Origin: a virus
Strand: one strand, 5' to 3'
DNA length: 64,000 nt
Virus record (IMG/VR): IMGVR_UViG_3300006802_000087
Span: 11,824 to 75,823 of that record
Shown here: one piece after another, positions 10,591 through 20,921 of the stretch
Numbering within the stretch: the stretch's first letter is position 1
How the letters are laid out: every line of letters starts with the position of its first letter
Position numbers and translations under genes: made by a program
The notes under the pieces: generated by a model
Seen by the model: only the letters and a program-made list of their open reading frames with translations
What the model was told of the DNA's origin: nothing
Database searches by the model: none

Positions 10591-10961
10591 AAATTACTAG
10601 AAGGCAATTAAGAAAGATAATAAGCGAAAACTTTAAAGGAAGCAAATTTACTGATGAAATAGGTCGATATTTTAGTGTTGAAAAAGCTGTGTCATTCGCA
10701 GAAAAAAATAAAGATAAATATTTTATTCCTAATTTTCCAGTAGAGAATATTAAGCATGATTTAAAATACTGGCAAGGCGATGAAAAAAGAATGATGAATG
10801 CTGACACTAGTTTTCCTTTATTAGTAATTATAGAAAATGGATGTCTAAGCGTAGCAGATGGCTTAAACAGGCTTTATAAAGCAGTCAACGTGGAAGAAAA
10901 AGAAACCATAGATGTGTACATTGTACCTAAAGAAGAACTGTTGGAGTTTGAAATAGAATGA
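10587..10961 (+). CDS. MKIT-leader ParB/sulfiredoxin-like protein
   Basis: MKITRRQLRKIISE; ADTSFPLLV..VADGLNRLYKA. Confidence 0.65.
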   Translation: MKITRRQLRKIISENFKGSKFTDEIGRYFSVEKAVSFAEKNKDKYFIPNFPVENIKHDLKYWQGDEKRMMNADTSFPLLVIIENGCLSVADGLNRLYKAVNVEEKETIDVYIVPKEELLEFEIE

Positions 10962-11809
10962 AGATCACAGGAAGCACACCGTTAATCGCAATTGACGATG
11001 ATGGACGAATTTGGGCAAAGTTAGAAACTCATAACAGAACCGGTTCTGTTAAAGACAGAATGATAGAATATATTTGCGATCGTGCATTAGCAGAAGATAA
11101 AATTATTCCTGGAGAAACCAAACTGATTGAGGCTACTAGTGGTAATACCGGAATCGCATTAGCTTCTTATGCTGCTTCTATAAATTGTCAGTGTGAGATT
11201 ATCATGCCTTGCAATATGTCTCAGAAACGAAAAGACATGATGAAGGCATACGGCGCAGAAATAATTGAAGTTGGACCTAATGAATTCCAAAAAGCAATAG
11301 AATTAAGAGATAATAGATTAAACGAGTTTAATTCTAGTTATTTTTCACCCTTACAATTTAGTAACCCATTAAATGTTGAGTGCCATTACACCACAACAGC
11401 ACCAGAAATCCACAGTAATATAAAAGAAACACATTTAAATTGGCATACTTTTGTACATGGCGCAGGAACAGGTGGTACAATGATGGGAATAAAACAGTAT
11501 ATTGACAACAAAGGATTAAAAGTTAAATGTGTTTTAACACAACCTGTTGAAGATAATGCAACACACGGTATCCAGGGAATTAATGACGGAGCAGATTTTT
11601 TACTTGATAGAAATTTAATGGATGAAACTATTTCTATTAAAACAGAAGATGCTATTTTAAGAATGAAGAGATTTTGGAAAGAGAGCGGAATACTTATAGG
11701 TATTAGCAGCGGTGCAAATATTTTAGCTGCTGAAAAGTATGTTGAAAAATATGACCCGAAAGGTGTCGTAGTAACCATACTTTGTGACAGAGGAGAGCGA
11801 TATTTATGA
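10958..11809 (+). CDS. cysK: PLP-dependent cysteine synthase (CysK/CysM family)
   Basis: KLETHNRTGSVKDR, EATSGNTGIALA, GAGTGGT, HGIQGI, GISSGAN, CDRGERYL. Confidence 0.9.
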   Translation: MKITGSTPLIAIDDDGRIWAKLETHNRTGSVKDRMIEYICDRALAEDKIIPGETKLIEATSGNTGIALASYAASINCQCEIIMPCNMSQKRKDMMKAYGAEIIEVGPNEFQKAIELRDNRLNEFNSSYFSPLQFSNPLNVECHYTTTAPEIHSNIKETHLNWHTFVHGAGTGGTMMGIKQYIDNKGLKVKCVLTQPVEDNATHGIQGINDGADFLLDRNLMDETISIKTEDAILRMKRFWKESGILIGISSGANILAAEKYVEKYDPKGVVVTILCDRGERYL

Positions 11810-12813
11810 GTAGAGTAACAGTAATGATTGGCGCAATGAAGCCAATGACAGCAGGCCATTATCGTCTTATTACAGAGGCAGTTTCTGATTCACAATGCCC
11901 AGAAGGAGAAACGCCTGCCAATGAAACTTATGTTTTGGTTTCCATGCAAGATCGCATTAAAAAGAATGAATTCCCAGTTCGTGGAGAAACAGCACTATCA
12001 GCACTTAGAGACATCTATATGGATCCACAAGCAGCTCTTTTTCAATTTGGTGAAGACAAGTATGTTAAATTAGTTTTTTGCCACTCCCAAAAATTTGGAA
12101 AAGAAAATCCAGAAAGAGTGGCTGAAATGAGAGAAATTATTTCAGGTATTCGTGAATCATTAGGTTCTCGAGGTTTGACAAATGTATCTGTTGATGTTGA
12201 AGAAGTTAGAAGCGGACCTCCTGATGTACTTATGGGTTTAGCTGAGTCTAGACCGGAAGATCATTTTATTCTATATACAGGTGATGATGATCTTAAAAAA
12301 TATCAGTATTTTAAAAAATACGCAACCAACGTTGACTTTGCTGGGTTTGAAAGATTCGAAGGCGGCATGTCAGGTACTGAAGTACGTTCACTTTTTCAAA
12401 CAGATTCTGATACTGAAGGTTTTGACACAGATAGATTTGGATCTGCTTTCCCTCAAGGAGTTGACGTATCTAGAGTAAGACAAAGATATAGAACAGATGC
12501 AGGGTTAGACCCCCTCAAAGAAATTAAAAGAGCAGACAAAGGTACACCTGACTATTCTAGATATTTACAAGAAATGATCGATGAATTACAACACATTAAA
12601 GTCTCATATAATTCTAGAAAAAAAGAGGGAAAGCAATATAGAAAAGAAGCTTCACTAATCCAAAATACAATTTCAGAATTAAAGAGACAAAAAAGAAAAA
12701 ACGATAGATTGAATGAAATTGAAAATGACAATACATTAAATGAAAACAAAGGTATTGACGATCGTCAAGTTTTAAAAGAATGGTTTAAAAGACTTTATAA
12801 AAACTCATACTAA
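11806..12813 (+). CDS. Cytidyltransferase-like (HxGH-type) nucleotidyltransferase
   Basis: GAMKPMTAGH and GMSGTEVR motifs. Confidence 0.6.
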   Translation: MSRVTVMIGAMKPMTAGHYRLITEAVSDSQCPEGETPANETYVLVSMQDRIKKNEFPVRGETALSALRDIYMDPQAALFQFGEDKYVKLVFCHSQKFGKENPERVAEMREIISGIRESLGSRGLTNVSVDVEEVRSGPPDVLMGLAESRPEDHFILYTGDDDLKKYQYFKKYATNVDFAGFERFEGGMSGTEVRSLFQTDSDTEGFDTDRFGSAFPQGVDVSRVRQRYRTDAGLDPLKEIKRADKGTPDYSRYLQEMIDELQHIKVSYNSRKKEGKQYRKEASLIQNTISELKRQKRKNDRLNEIENDNTLNENKGIDDRQVLKEWFKRLYKNSY

Positions 12814-12846
12814 GTTGTTATAATACTAAAAGACAAAGGAGGCTCT

Positions 12847-13338
12847 ATGTCACTAGTTATTAATGATACAGCTTATTGGAAAGATGCTGACGGGAAAGAG
12901 CACGATGACCAATTCATTAAAAAAGAAATTAAAGACTATGTTGCAAGAGGTGGAAAGATATTTGTGGGTTCTGACAGTATGCTTTTTCCTAATAAGTGCA
13001 ATTTTGCTGCAGTGATTGCATTTCACGATAGAGATTTAAACATTGCTAGGTATTATTTTAAAAAGATAAAAGCTCAGTCTAAAAAGTATAGAGAGCTTCA
13101 AAAAAAGATATTAGAAGAAGTTTCTCTAGCAATTCAAACTGCTCAGTTTGTTTTAGAAATATGCCCCGAAGCAGATATCGAATTACACATTGACATAGGC
13201 ACAAAAAAGAAAAACGAGACTGCAAAGTTTTTTAAAATGATCAAAGGCTGGGTAACTGGAACTGGGTTTGATTTAAGGGTCAAACCAAACAGTTGGGCGT
13301 CTAGTTTAGCAGACGGTCACACAAAAGGAAAAAGATGA
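12847..13338 (+). CDS. RNase H-like YkuK-family protein
   Basis: IFVGSDS, EEVSLAI, ELHIDIG, KPNSWASSLAD. Confidence 0.75.
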   Translation: MSLVINDTAYWKDADGKEHDDQFIKKEIKDYVARGGKIFVGSDSMLFPNKCNFAAVIAFHDRDLNIARYYFKKIKAQSKKYRELQKKILEEVSLAIQTAQFVLEICPEADIELHIDIGTKKKNETAKFFKMIKGWVTGTGFDLRVKPNSWASSLADGHTKGKR

Positions 13339-13754
13339 CAATATCAATTAAAAAAAATAAAAATTATCAGAATTCATATGGAAAACTATTCAAGACGATG
13401 GGGATAACAGGGACTTTATTAGGTACACCCTTAGGAGACAATGATAAGACAAATCAACTATTCGAAGAGATCGTTAAAGAAACAATTCAGAGAATTATTT
13501 GTGATAAACTTTTGCTGATATCTCCAAGAGCTATTAAGAGATTAGACTATTTTCCTACATACTTTTTAGAAAATGGACAAAAGAAAATCAAGTCTATCAG
13601 AGTCAAAAAGAGAGTCTGGAAATCCTTTGTAGAAATATCTAGCGAAGACATTAAAAAATCAGGAATTAAAGGCGAAGAATTTATTAATTTTTTAAAAAAC
13701 AAAAGATGTAGAAAAGTAAAAATAGATAACGATAAATTTGAAAATATCATTTAG
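13335..13754 (+). CDS. Hypothetical protein
   Basis: Translationally coupled ORF. Confidence 0.55.
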   Translation: MTISIKKNKNYQNSYGKLFKTMGITGTLLGTPLGDNDKTNQLFEEIVKETIQRIICDKLLLISPRAIKRLDYFPTYFLENGQKKIKSIRVKKRVWKSFVEISSEDIKKSGIKGEEFINFLKNKRCRKVKIDNDKFENII

Positions 13755-13786
13755 TTATTGTATACTTTCTTTACCCAGGAGGATAA

Positions 13787-15418
13787 ATGAAAGATTATGA
13801 TATGTTTTTTCCCTACGTTAAACCTAGAAAAGAACAGCGAGATGCAATTGAGTTCGCAATCAAAGCAATTAAAGATAGTGACAAACGATTTGTGATTGTT
13901 GAAGCCGGTACAGGAGTAGGTAAGTCAGCTATTGGATTAACACTTTCTCGTTACCTAGCAAATAATATTCCTGATAGTGAAGGCTATGATCAAGGTGGTT
14001 ATTTTTTAACAACACAAAAAATTCTGCAAAAACAATATGAGAAAGACTTTGGTGGAAGTAAAGGTGAGATGAAATCAATATACTCATCTTCAAACTACAA
14101 ATGTAAGTTTTATCCTCAAAACGATTGTAGAACTACGCATGAAATGATGCGATCGCTAGATGCATCAAAAAATAAAGCGTTATTCAAGTGTTGTGGCGGT
14201 GGTTGCACCTATAAAATTGCAAAGAAAAACTTTCTCGAGTCAAAGGAATCAGTAACAAATTTTCCATATTTTTTGACAGAAGCAACTTTTAGTGGTGGAA
14301 TTACTCCTAGAAAAGTTTTGGTTATCGATGAGGCTCATAATACAGAATCAGTCCTAAGTAGTTTTGTTGAAGTATCTGTAAGTCAATACTTTGCTGAAAG
14401 AGTTGTCAAGTGTAAATGGCCTGATAAAGTAACATCAGTAAACTTTGTTAAGTGGATAGAGAACGTATATCATCCTAAATTACAATCACAAATTATGTTC
14501 TTTGAGAAACAGATTGAAGATCTTGGGATTAAAGATAAAATTAAAGATATGGCAAATATTTCTAAAAAATATGATATGATGAAAAGTCATTCAGATAAGT
14601 TAGATAAGTTTTTAAAAGACTACGATAAAGATAACTGGGTTATGGAGAAACAAGAAACAGAAAAGCGAGGCTCTATAAAGGTTGTTTATAGAGCAATTGA
14701 TATATCAAACTATGCTGAAGAGTACTTGTTTAGACTCGGGCAAAAAATTGTTTTGATGTCTGCTACGATTTTAAATGCCGATGCATTCGCAACTTCGCTA
14801 GGTATTCCAAAAGACCAGTATGAATCAATCAGCATTCCTTCACCTTTCCCAAAAGAAAACCGTCCTATTATTAATGCATCAGTAGGAAGCATGAGTGCAA
14901 AAGCTATTGAAGGTACGCTCCCTCAACTTAAAGAAGCAGTTAAAGCAATCATGGAAGAACACGGAAAAGAAAAAGGAATTATTCATTGTCACACTTATCG
15001 AATTGCAAATTATCTAAAAAAGAACATTAAAGGAAAGTTAGGAAAGAGAATTCTTATACACGATAGTAGTAACAGAGATAACATTCTTAAAAAACATATG
15101 ACTTCAAAAGAGCCGACTGTATTGTTATCGCCGTCCATGACAGAGGGCGTAGATCTCAAGGGCGACTTAAGTCGTTTCCAGGTTATTTGCAAAGTTCCTT
15201 ATCCTTGGTTAGGTGATCCAATTGTGAAAAAACGTATGCATAAGTTTCCTGATTGGTACCCGCTTAAGACTGCCATGACTATAGTCCAATCAGTAGGTAG
15301 AAGTATTAGAAACAGCGAAGACACAGCTGTGACTTATATACTTGATAGTGACTGGCAAAACTTCTATAACAAAAACAAAAGATTATTCTGCGAAGATTTT
15401 AAAAGATTGATTGTATAA
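13787..15418 (+). CDS. DinG/XPD-like SF2 helicase
   Basis: EAGTGVGKS, DEAH, MSAT, EGVD, QSVGRSIR; Cys cluster. Confidence 0.9.
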   Translation: MKDYDMFFPYVKPRKEQRDAIEFAIKAIKDSDKRFVIVEAGTGVGKSAIGLTLSRYLANNIPDSEGYDQGGYFLTTQKILQKQYEKDFGGSKGEMKSIYSSSNYKCKFYPQNDCRTTHEMMRSLDASKNKALFKCCGGGCTYKIAKKNFLESKESVTNFPYFLTEATFSGGITPRKVLVIDEAHNTESVLSSFVEVSVSQYFAERVVKCKWPDKVTSVNFVKWIENVYHPKLQSQIMFFEKQIEDLGIKDKIKDMANISKKYDMMKSHSDKLDKFLKDYDKDNWVMEKQETEKRGSIKVVYRAIDISNYAEEYLFRLGQKIVLMSATILNADAFATSLGIPKDQYESISIPSPFPKENRPIINASVGSMSAKAIEGTLPQLKEAVKAIMEEHGKEKGIIHCHTYRIANYLKKNIKGKLGKRILIHDSSNRDNILKKHMTSKEPTVLLSPSMTEGVDLKGDLSRFQVICKVPYPWLGDPIVKKRMHKFPDWYPLKTAMTIVQSVGRSIRNSEDTAVTYILDSDWQNFYNKNKRLFCEDFKRLIV

Positions 15419-15442
15419 TTATATCTTATTAAGGAAGTTACA

Positions 15443-16285
15443 ATGAAAATATCTAAACGCAGTTTAAGTATCTTAATAGAACAATTTCTCTTTGAAGACG
15501 AAGATAGATTTAACTTTGGAACAGGAAAAGAAGTACCTTCAGCGAAAGGAGCTATGGGTGCTTTATACTTCATGAAAAATCAGTTTCAAGACGGAACAAA
15601 CTATCTCTTAATGGATAATGAAAGCCTTTATTCACTAGCAGGTGGAGTTAGTAACAAAGAAAATATAAATGAGATGAGTAGCTTTATGCACAATATGCTT
15701 TTCTTAATTTGTTTGAGTGTGATGTCACAAAACAAAATATCAAAACAAGATATTAGAAGAACAGTTGTTATTACTAGTCTGGAAAGATCAGCAGAAGCTC
15801 AATTACAAGCGATGAAAAATAAAGTTAAAATAGCCAAAGATAACGGTCAAGATCCAATTGAAACTGTTGGAAATTTATATTCTCCAGAAGGAGATACCAG
15901 CATGACTCAAGCAGGATTTGAAAATGCAAAAAAAATTATAAGTTTAATTGATCAGGGCGATGATGAGCAAGCGTTAAGTCTGCTTTCTCAAACACCTGTT
16001 TCTCCACATGCTTCAAACAATGCTTTCGATTTTAGAAGCGAAGGAGGTAGAGGGGAAAAAATTGTAAATGCTATTGAAAACTTAAAGAAAAACGGTGTTT
16101 TTAATCAAAACTTAAACTATAAAGTAGAAGATAAAGGAACAAGAAATCAGCATATACACGTTGCCGCAATTAGTGACCCGATCACAGAAAAAGGAAAAAA
16201 TATTTTGGCAAAGCTTAGAGAAGCAAAAAATGAAGCTGCTGCTGAAAATGCATTTAAATACATGGAAAAAGTAGGCGCAATTTAA
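15443..16285 (+). CDS. MKIT-leader protein with M15/LAS-type Zn peptidase motifs
   Basis: MKISKRSLSILIEQ; ITSLERS, SPHASNNAFDFR (H-x6-D), HIH. Confidence 0.6.
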   Translation: MKISKRSLSILIEQFLFEDEDRFNFGTGKEVPSAKGAMGALYFMKNQFQDGTNYLLMDNESLYSLAGGVSNKENINEMSSFMHNMLFLICLSVMSQNKISKQDIRRTVVITSLERSAEAQLQAMKNKVKIAKDNGQDPIETVGNLYSPEGDTSMTQAGFENAKKIISLIDQGDDEQALSLLSQTPVSPHASNNAFDFRSEGGRGEKIVNAIENLKKNGVFNQNLNYKVEDKGTRNQHIHVAAISDPITEKGKNILAKLREAKNEAAAENAFKYMEKVGAI

Positions 16286-16809
16286 AATTATGTAACCCTT
16301 AAATATTTTTGTTATAATAAAAATATAGCAGGAGGCAATATGAAAAATAAGATTTTAACAGCAATAATTTTAATCCCAATACTTTTTTTAGGTTACACAG
16401 CTAATTTTTTGTATAAACTAGAAACAGGTAAGCTTCCTCCAGAAGTAGCTAGTGAGTATATCATCACAATACCTACTGACTGCACGAACAGCCAGTTCCA
16501 AAAAAATCTTTCTAAAAAGAAAGAAGAAAAATTAATGTAGGAAAATATGTCAAATAATATTCGCCCGGGTGATAAAGTATATATGACTCATCATATGAGT
16601 AACAAAGGAATTGTCACAGAAGTTTTTTACAGACCAATTAGTGCAAATATTGGTCCGGGTACGCTGTCAAAACAAATGTGGGTAAGATTTCAAAGTCAAT
16701 TAACAGGTGAAATTGTAACAGCAAAAAGACAAGACGTCACAAAAGATATTACATAAATTTTGAAGATTACACTATGACGATATAATTAGTATTATTAGTT
16801 GAGTAGTGT

Positions 16810-17049
16810 ATGAGTAAAAAGAAAAACAGCGCAATTAAAGATTTATATTTAGATCGTCCTACATCTCACGGTGGTTGGCCTAAAGGTCACGATGGATCTT
16901 ATAGAGACAACAAAACACCCGTCAATAAACAGATCGCTGATTATCTTAAAGCGATGGGCCTTATTGATGACTCGAATGAAAGAGCAAGACTGTCTGAGAC
17001 AAGATTAAGGCAAATGATACGCCAATCAATTAGGAGACTTTTAAAATGA
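16810..17049 (+). CDS. Small protein with C-terminal leader-like helix
   Basis: RLSETRLRQMIRQSIRRLLK; ATAATTA at 16782. Confidence 0.65.
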   Translation: MSKKKNSAIKDLYLDRPTSHGGWPKGHDGSYRDNKTPVNKQIADYLKAMGLIDDSNERARLSETRLRQMIRQSIRRLLK

Positions 17050-17266
17050 CTTCTAATATTAACGAGAGATTTGAGAGACTAAAAGAATTGCGTGAAACTC
17101 TTTGCAAAAAAAATGAAAAATGGAACGAAGTATTTGACTTGAGAGACTGGTTAATTAATAATCTTAGAGAAGTCATAGAGCAATCTAAATCTGATCTTGT
17201 TAAAAAAGAAGACATAATTAACAAGCTTGAAGATTTGATATGCGTTGTTGAACCCGAGGAATAAAA

Positions 17267-18502
17267 ATGAAAAATACTATATACTACGATAGCTTAATTC
17301 CTATATATAGAAAACAAATCATGCTTGAACAAAGAGGCACTTCTTTAGTACAAGAAGGCGTTTTTATTGAGGCAGGAAAAGTATTTTTAGAAGATGCAAT
17401 TAAAAATTTAATGGCATCTGGCGCTGTTGTTCTAACTGGAGGATTGCCTGCTGATACTGTTGTAGAAATAATGTATGCAATTGAAAGAACAAAATCGGCA
17501 ATTGACATGTACAATGGTATTATTAATGCAAAAGACAATAGCAAAATTCATATGATAAACTTTATGAATGCAATGGATCACGCTATTCTAGAAAACAACA
17601 TAAAAGAGTTGACAAGGATCGGTATTAATACAGCAATTAATTTAAGCAGAGAGTTAGACACGATTGCAGGGGAAGGCACCTCAGGTGATATCGCACATGA
17701 TGTAAAAGTCATAATTGATGATTTAAGAAAAGATTTTTTAGAGTTTTTTAAAGTTAAATTAGCAGCTTTAGCAGACTGGGTTTCTGCATTTATTCCTGAT
17801 GATGGCGGAAATATAAGTGCTTTTTTAAAGATAACGATGTTTTCAATTATCGAAGATGCATCTAAGTACCCATTACAAACTTTTATTGATTTGACTAAGC
17901 ATCTACCGGGTGAAGGTTCAAAAATAATTTTTGATGAAGCTAAGCTTGAATCTTTTTTAATTAATCTTTGCAATCAAGTTGCTGACGGAATAGAAGACAT
18001 GCGAGGTGGTAAGATCGATCAAGGAATTGATTATTTAAAAGATTATACTAAACAAGCATACGATTATATGCCTGATTGGGTTGCTGACACAAATAAAAAA
18101 TACGGTTTAGCTTCGCAAAAGCTAGCTAATAGATTTGCAGGTGAAGATTCAAGCCTCGGAAAGGCTTCTAGGGCTTTCTTTGATCCGATATATAGAATAG
18201 ACACCGCTGATGAACTTTTTGATAAAACAATTGATGAATTCCCAAACTATATTAGAAATGAATTAATTCCAAATATCGGAGATGCTGTTGATATATACGC
18301 TAAGTTTATGAAATATACTATTGCTTTTCTTGGTTTGCTTGAAGCAACAACGACAGGTACGCTAGAAAAAACTTTTAGATTAAACCAGGATTTATCTAAC
18401 ACTCCAAAACCATTAGCTTTAGACATGACTTATGATGATGCGCTAATGACTGAAATTAGAAAATCTTTAAGAGGACAATCAAGCCGCCGGAGGCTTAGAT
18501 GA
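17267..18502 (+). CDS. Hypothetical helical protein
   Basis: 411 aa ORF. Confidence 0.65.
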   Translation: MKNTIYYDSLIPIYRKQIMLEQRGTSLVQEGVFIEAGKVFLEDAIKNLMASGAVVLTGGLPADTVVEIMYAIERTKSAIDMYNGIINAKDNSKIHMINFMNAMDHAILENNIKELTRIGINTAINLSRELDTIAGEGTSGDIAHDVKVIIDDLRKDFLEFFKVKLAALADWVSAFIPDDGGNISAFLKITMFSIIEDASKYPLQTFIDLTKHLPGEGSKIIFDEAKLESFLINLCNQVADGIEDMRGGKIDQGIDYLKDYTKQAYDYMPDWVADTNKKYGLASQKLANRFAGEDSSLGKASRAFFDPIYRIDTADELFDKTIDEFPNYIRNELIPNIGDAVDIYAKFMKYTIAFLGLLEATTTGTLEKTFRLNQDLSNTPKPLALDMTYDDALMTEIRKSLRGQSSRRRLR

Positions 18503-18822
18503 CAAACGATAGTAACGGCTGGGGTGAATATTCCAAACTTGTTCTAAAAGAACTAGAGACACTAGCACAAGGTATCAAAGATCTCAATGAAAGCCTCAAC
18601 GACATGAAAAAAGAAATGGCTGAGATTCGAGCAAAAGAAGACAAGATCTTGGAATTAAATCGCTGGAAAGAACGGATTGATGAGGTTGCCTCACCCACAC
18701 AACTTAAAGAGCTAAAACAAGAAGTGGAAGACTTAAAGATGTTCCGCACCAAAGCTGTCACTGTTTTTGCTGTTATACAATTTTTGATGGCAGCAGTAGT
18801 ATTCGCCCAGAGGGTTTTATAA
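18499..18822 (+). CDS. Coiled-coil protein with C-terminal transmembrane helix
   Basis: Heptad pattern then AVTVFAVIQFLMAAVVFA. Confidence 0.6.
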   Translation: MTNDSNGWGEYSKLVLKELETLAQGIKDLNESLNDMKKEMAEIRAKEDKILELNRWKERIDEVASPTQLKELKQEVEDLKMFRTKAVTVFAVIQFLMAAVVFAQRVL

Positions 18823-20858
18823 TGAGAAAAGTGAAAATAACAGAATCAAAAATAAGAAAGTTAATCAGTAACTTGCTAAATGAGTCTATTAGCGATGATG
18901 AGATTAATCAACGTATAATTGGTATTAAGGCACAGGGGTTAGCTAAAAACCCAGCTTTTGAAGCACTTCATAATTTAACAAAGGAACTGGTATCAGATCA
19001 ACAGATGAAAAATTTGATTGATGCATCTGTCTCTGTTAAATCACATACTGGAGAAGTCCCAGTATGGAACAGTCATGGTTTTGATCATAGTGACTATTGG
19101 AAATTTGTTGTTAATGTTGACCCGGCAAACAGAAGCAGCTCGGGAGGTGGATTGGCTGGAAGCTATACATATCCTAAAATTACTGAAAATTTCCGCACAG
19201 ACCAAAAGCCTTTAAATTATATCTTAGAAGATATGAGGAATAGTACTTTAACACCACCAACTAGCTATTCTGGCGCGTCTATAACAATAGCAGACCAGGA
19301 TATACTAACTTTCTTAGAAGACACTTCATATGTAAAATCTGTTGCTGACGGACATGAAGCTTTTGCTGCACTATTATTTGCAAAATACCTAGACAAGAAT
19401 TTCACCGTTACTCCTTCCACACAAAAAGGAATGGATTGTATTTCTGATGACGGAACCATTTCTATCGAAGTAAAAGGTTCTCAGAAGCCAGAACCTCAAA
19501 CAAATTTCTCTGGTTCACTTCCCAAGTATTCAACTAATCATTTCTATTTATTCTTAGCTACAGACAGAAGTTATATAGTTAGATCTGACCTGTTAAGAAG
19601 ATTTTATATGCTCTCTCAATTTAATGAAGAAGATCAAGAAGAGTCTTTTTATAGAAGATTAGTAGGAGATGGATCTTTGGCAGCCCCAGACTCATTTCCT
19701 AGACTAGGTACACTAAGAGACTTTATGATAACTGCTTCCCCAAGTGATGAAGCTTTTGACGCCATTAAAACACAAAGCTATAGCGAATTTAATGAGGCAA
19801 TCAACGATCCGAACACACCGCAAGAAATTAAAGTGTTATATTATAAAATGTTGTCAGAAGTAGAAAGTCAAACTGAAACATTGGCAGCAACTTTAATCCA
19901 GTCATTGTTTGGGTTTGAGGGAACAGAAAGAATTAATCCTCCCGATCTTAGTTTTCTAGGATTGCAAGTCTATTTAAGACCAGTGTTGAAAGGCGTAAAA
20001 AGCCAGCAAGATCCTTCTATTCCTGCTTTGACAACGGGCCTAGGCGATGGTGAAGAAAGAAGTCAAGTCTATACGCAAGGAGGAACTCTTCACCCTAATT
20101 ATGTGACTTATATAAGAAGTCAAGTCAATAGTTTAGTAGAGAGAATAAAAAGCAAGTACAACTATTCTAGTGTCAACAGAAGCTTTAAGATAAAAATACT
20201 TGCATACATTGTTACGTCAGTAAGAGAAAAAATTAATCAACTTGCCCAACAAGTTTATGCTGATATAATAGCAACATATGATAGTAACAATGTAACTGCA
20301 GATGTACTTAGGTCACTAAAAGATGAAGCCTTAGAGAAAAATAGCGAATATAAAGATTCTGTAGCTGCACACAAAGCTGATAAAGCCGCAAGAGAAGCAG
20401 CAATAAATGCATTGGCAGCCAGCCTATCCAATTGGTCAACAATGACTAAAGTAGCAAAAAATAAAGCAATCAAAGATGCAGATATTAAGAAAAGTTATCC
20501 TATTCGTAAAAAGAAAAAACGTCCAACTAGCGGATATCGTTTAATTTTAATGTTACGAGATGCCGAAAAGACAGGGACACCAATTTCAGGAACAGAATTT
20601 GGTGAAGCATTTGTAGAATCAATTACTGCTGAAATTGAACGACTCAAGGAAGAATTAACTGCTAGCATAGCTGAAGAAGCTAGTAATCTAGAGTCGACAC
20701 CGATGTCGACTAGACTTTTTGAAGAAAAGGACACAAACTTATATCAATCCATACTTTCAGACCTGCAAGAAGCCTCTCGTCAGCAGCGCAGAAAACAACT
20801 CTCTAACTTAGACGAACAAAAACTGCGCGAACTCATAAGACAGACAATGCGAAAATAA
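18822..20858 (+). CDS. Large protein with leader-like motifs at both ends and a PD-(D/E)xK-like motif
   Basis: VKITESKIRKLI; GMDCISDDGTISIEVKGS; C-terminal LDEQKLRELIRQTMRK. Confidence 0.6.
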   Translation: MRKVKITESKIRKLISNLLNESISDDEINQRIIGIKAQGLAKNPAFEALHNLTKELVSDQQMKNLIDASVSVKSHTGEVPVWNSHGFDHSDYWKFVVNVDPANRSSSGGGLAGSYTYPKITENFRTDQKPLNYILEDMRNSTLTPPTSYSGASITIADQDILTFLEDTSYVKSVADGHEAFAALLFAKYLDKNFTVTPSTQKGMDCISDDGTISIEVKGSQKPEPQTNFSGSLPKYSTNHFYLFLATDRSYIVRSDLLRRFYMLSQFNEEDQEESFYRRLVGDGSLAAPDSFPRLGTLRDFMITASPSDEAFDAIKTQSYSEFNEAINDPNTPQEIKVLYYKMLSEVESQTETLAATLIQSLFGFEGTERINPPDLSFLGLQVYLRPVLKGVKSQQDPSIPALTTGLGDGEERSQVYTQGGTLHPNYVTYIRSQVNSLVERIKSKYNYSSVNRSFKIKILAYIVTSVREKINQLAQQVYADIIATYDSNNVTADVLRSLKDEALEKNSEYKDSVAAHKADKAAREAAINALAASLSNWSTMTKVAKNKAIKDADIKKSYPIRKKKKRPTSGYRLILMLRDAEKTGTPISGTEFGEAFVESITAEIERLKEELTASIAEEASNLESTPMSTRLFEEKDTNLYQSILSDLQEASRQQRRKQLSNLDEQKLRELIRQTMRK

Positions 20859-20921
20859 AAATGTAATATGCATATCTTTTGTTTATAATATAAGAGTAAA
20901 TATTAAACAAGGGACTAACAC

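Noticed and set aside
10958-10985. cysK starts MKIT, like the leader family
   Set aside because: Continues GSTPL, the normal CysK N-terminus; lacks the RRQLRxLIxE helix.
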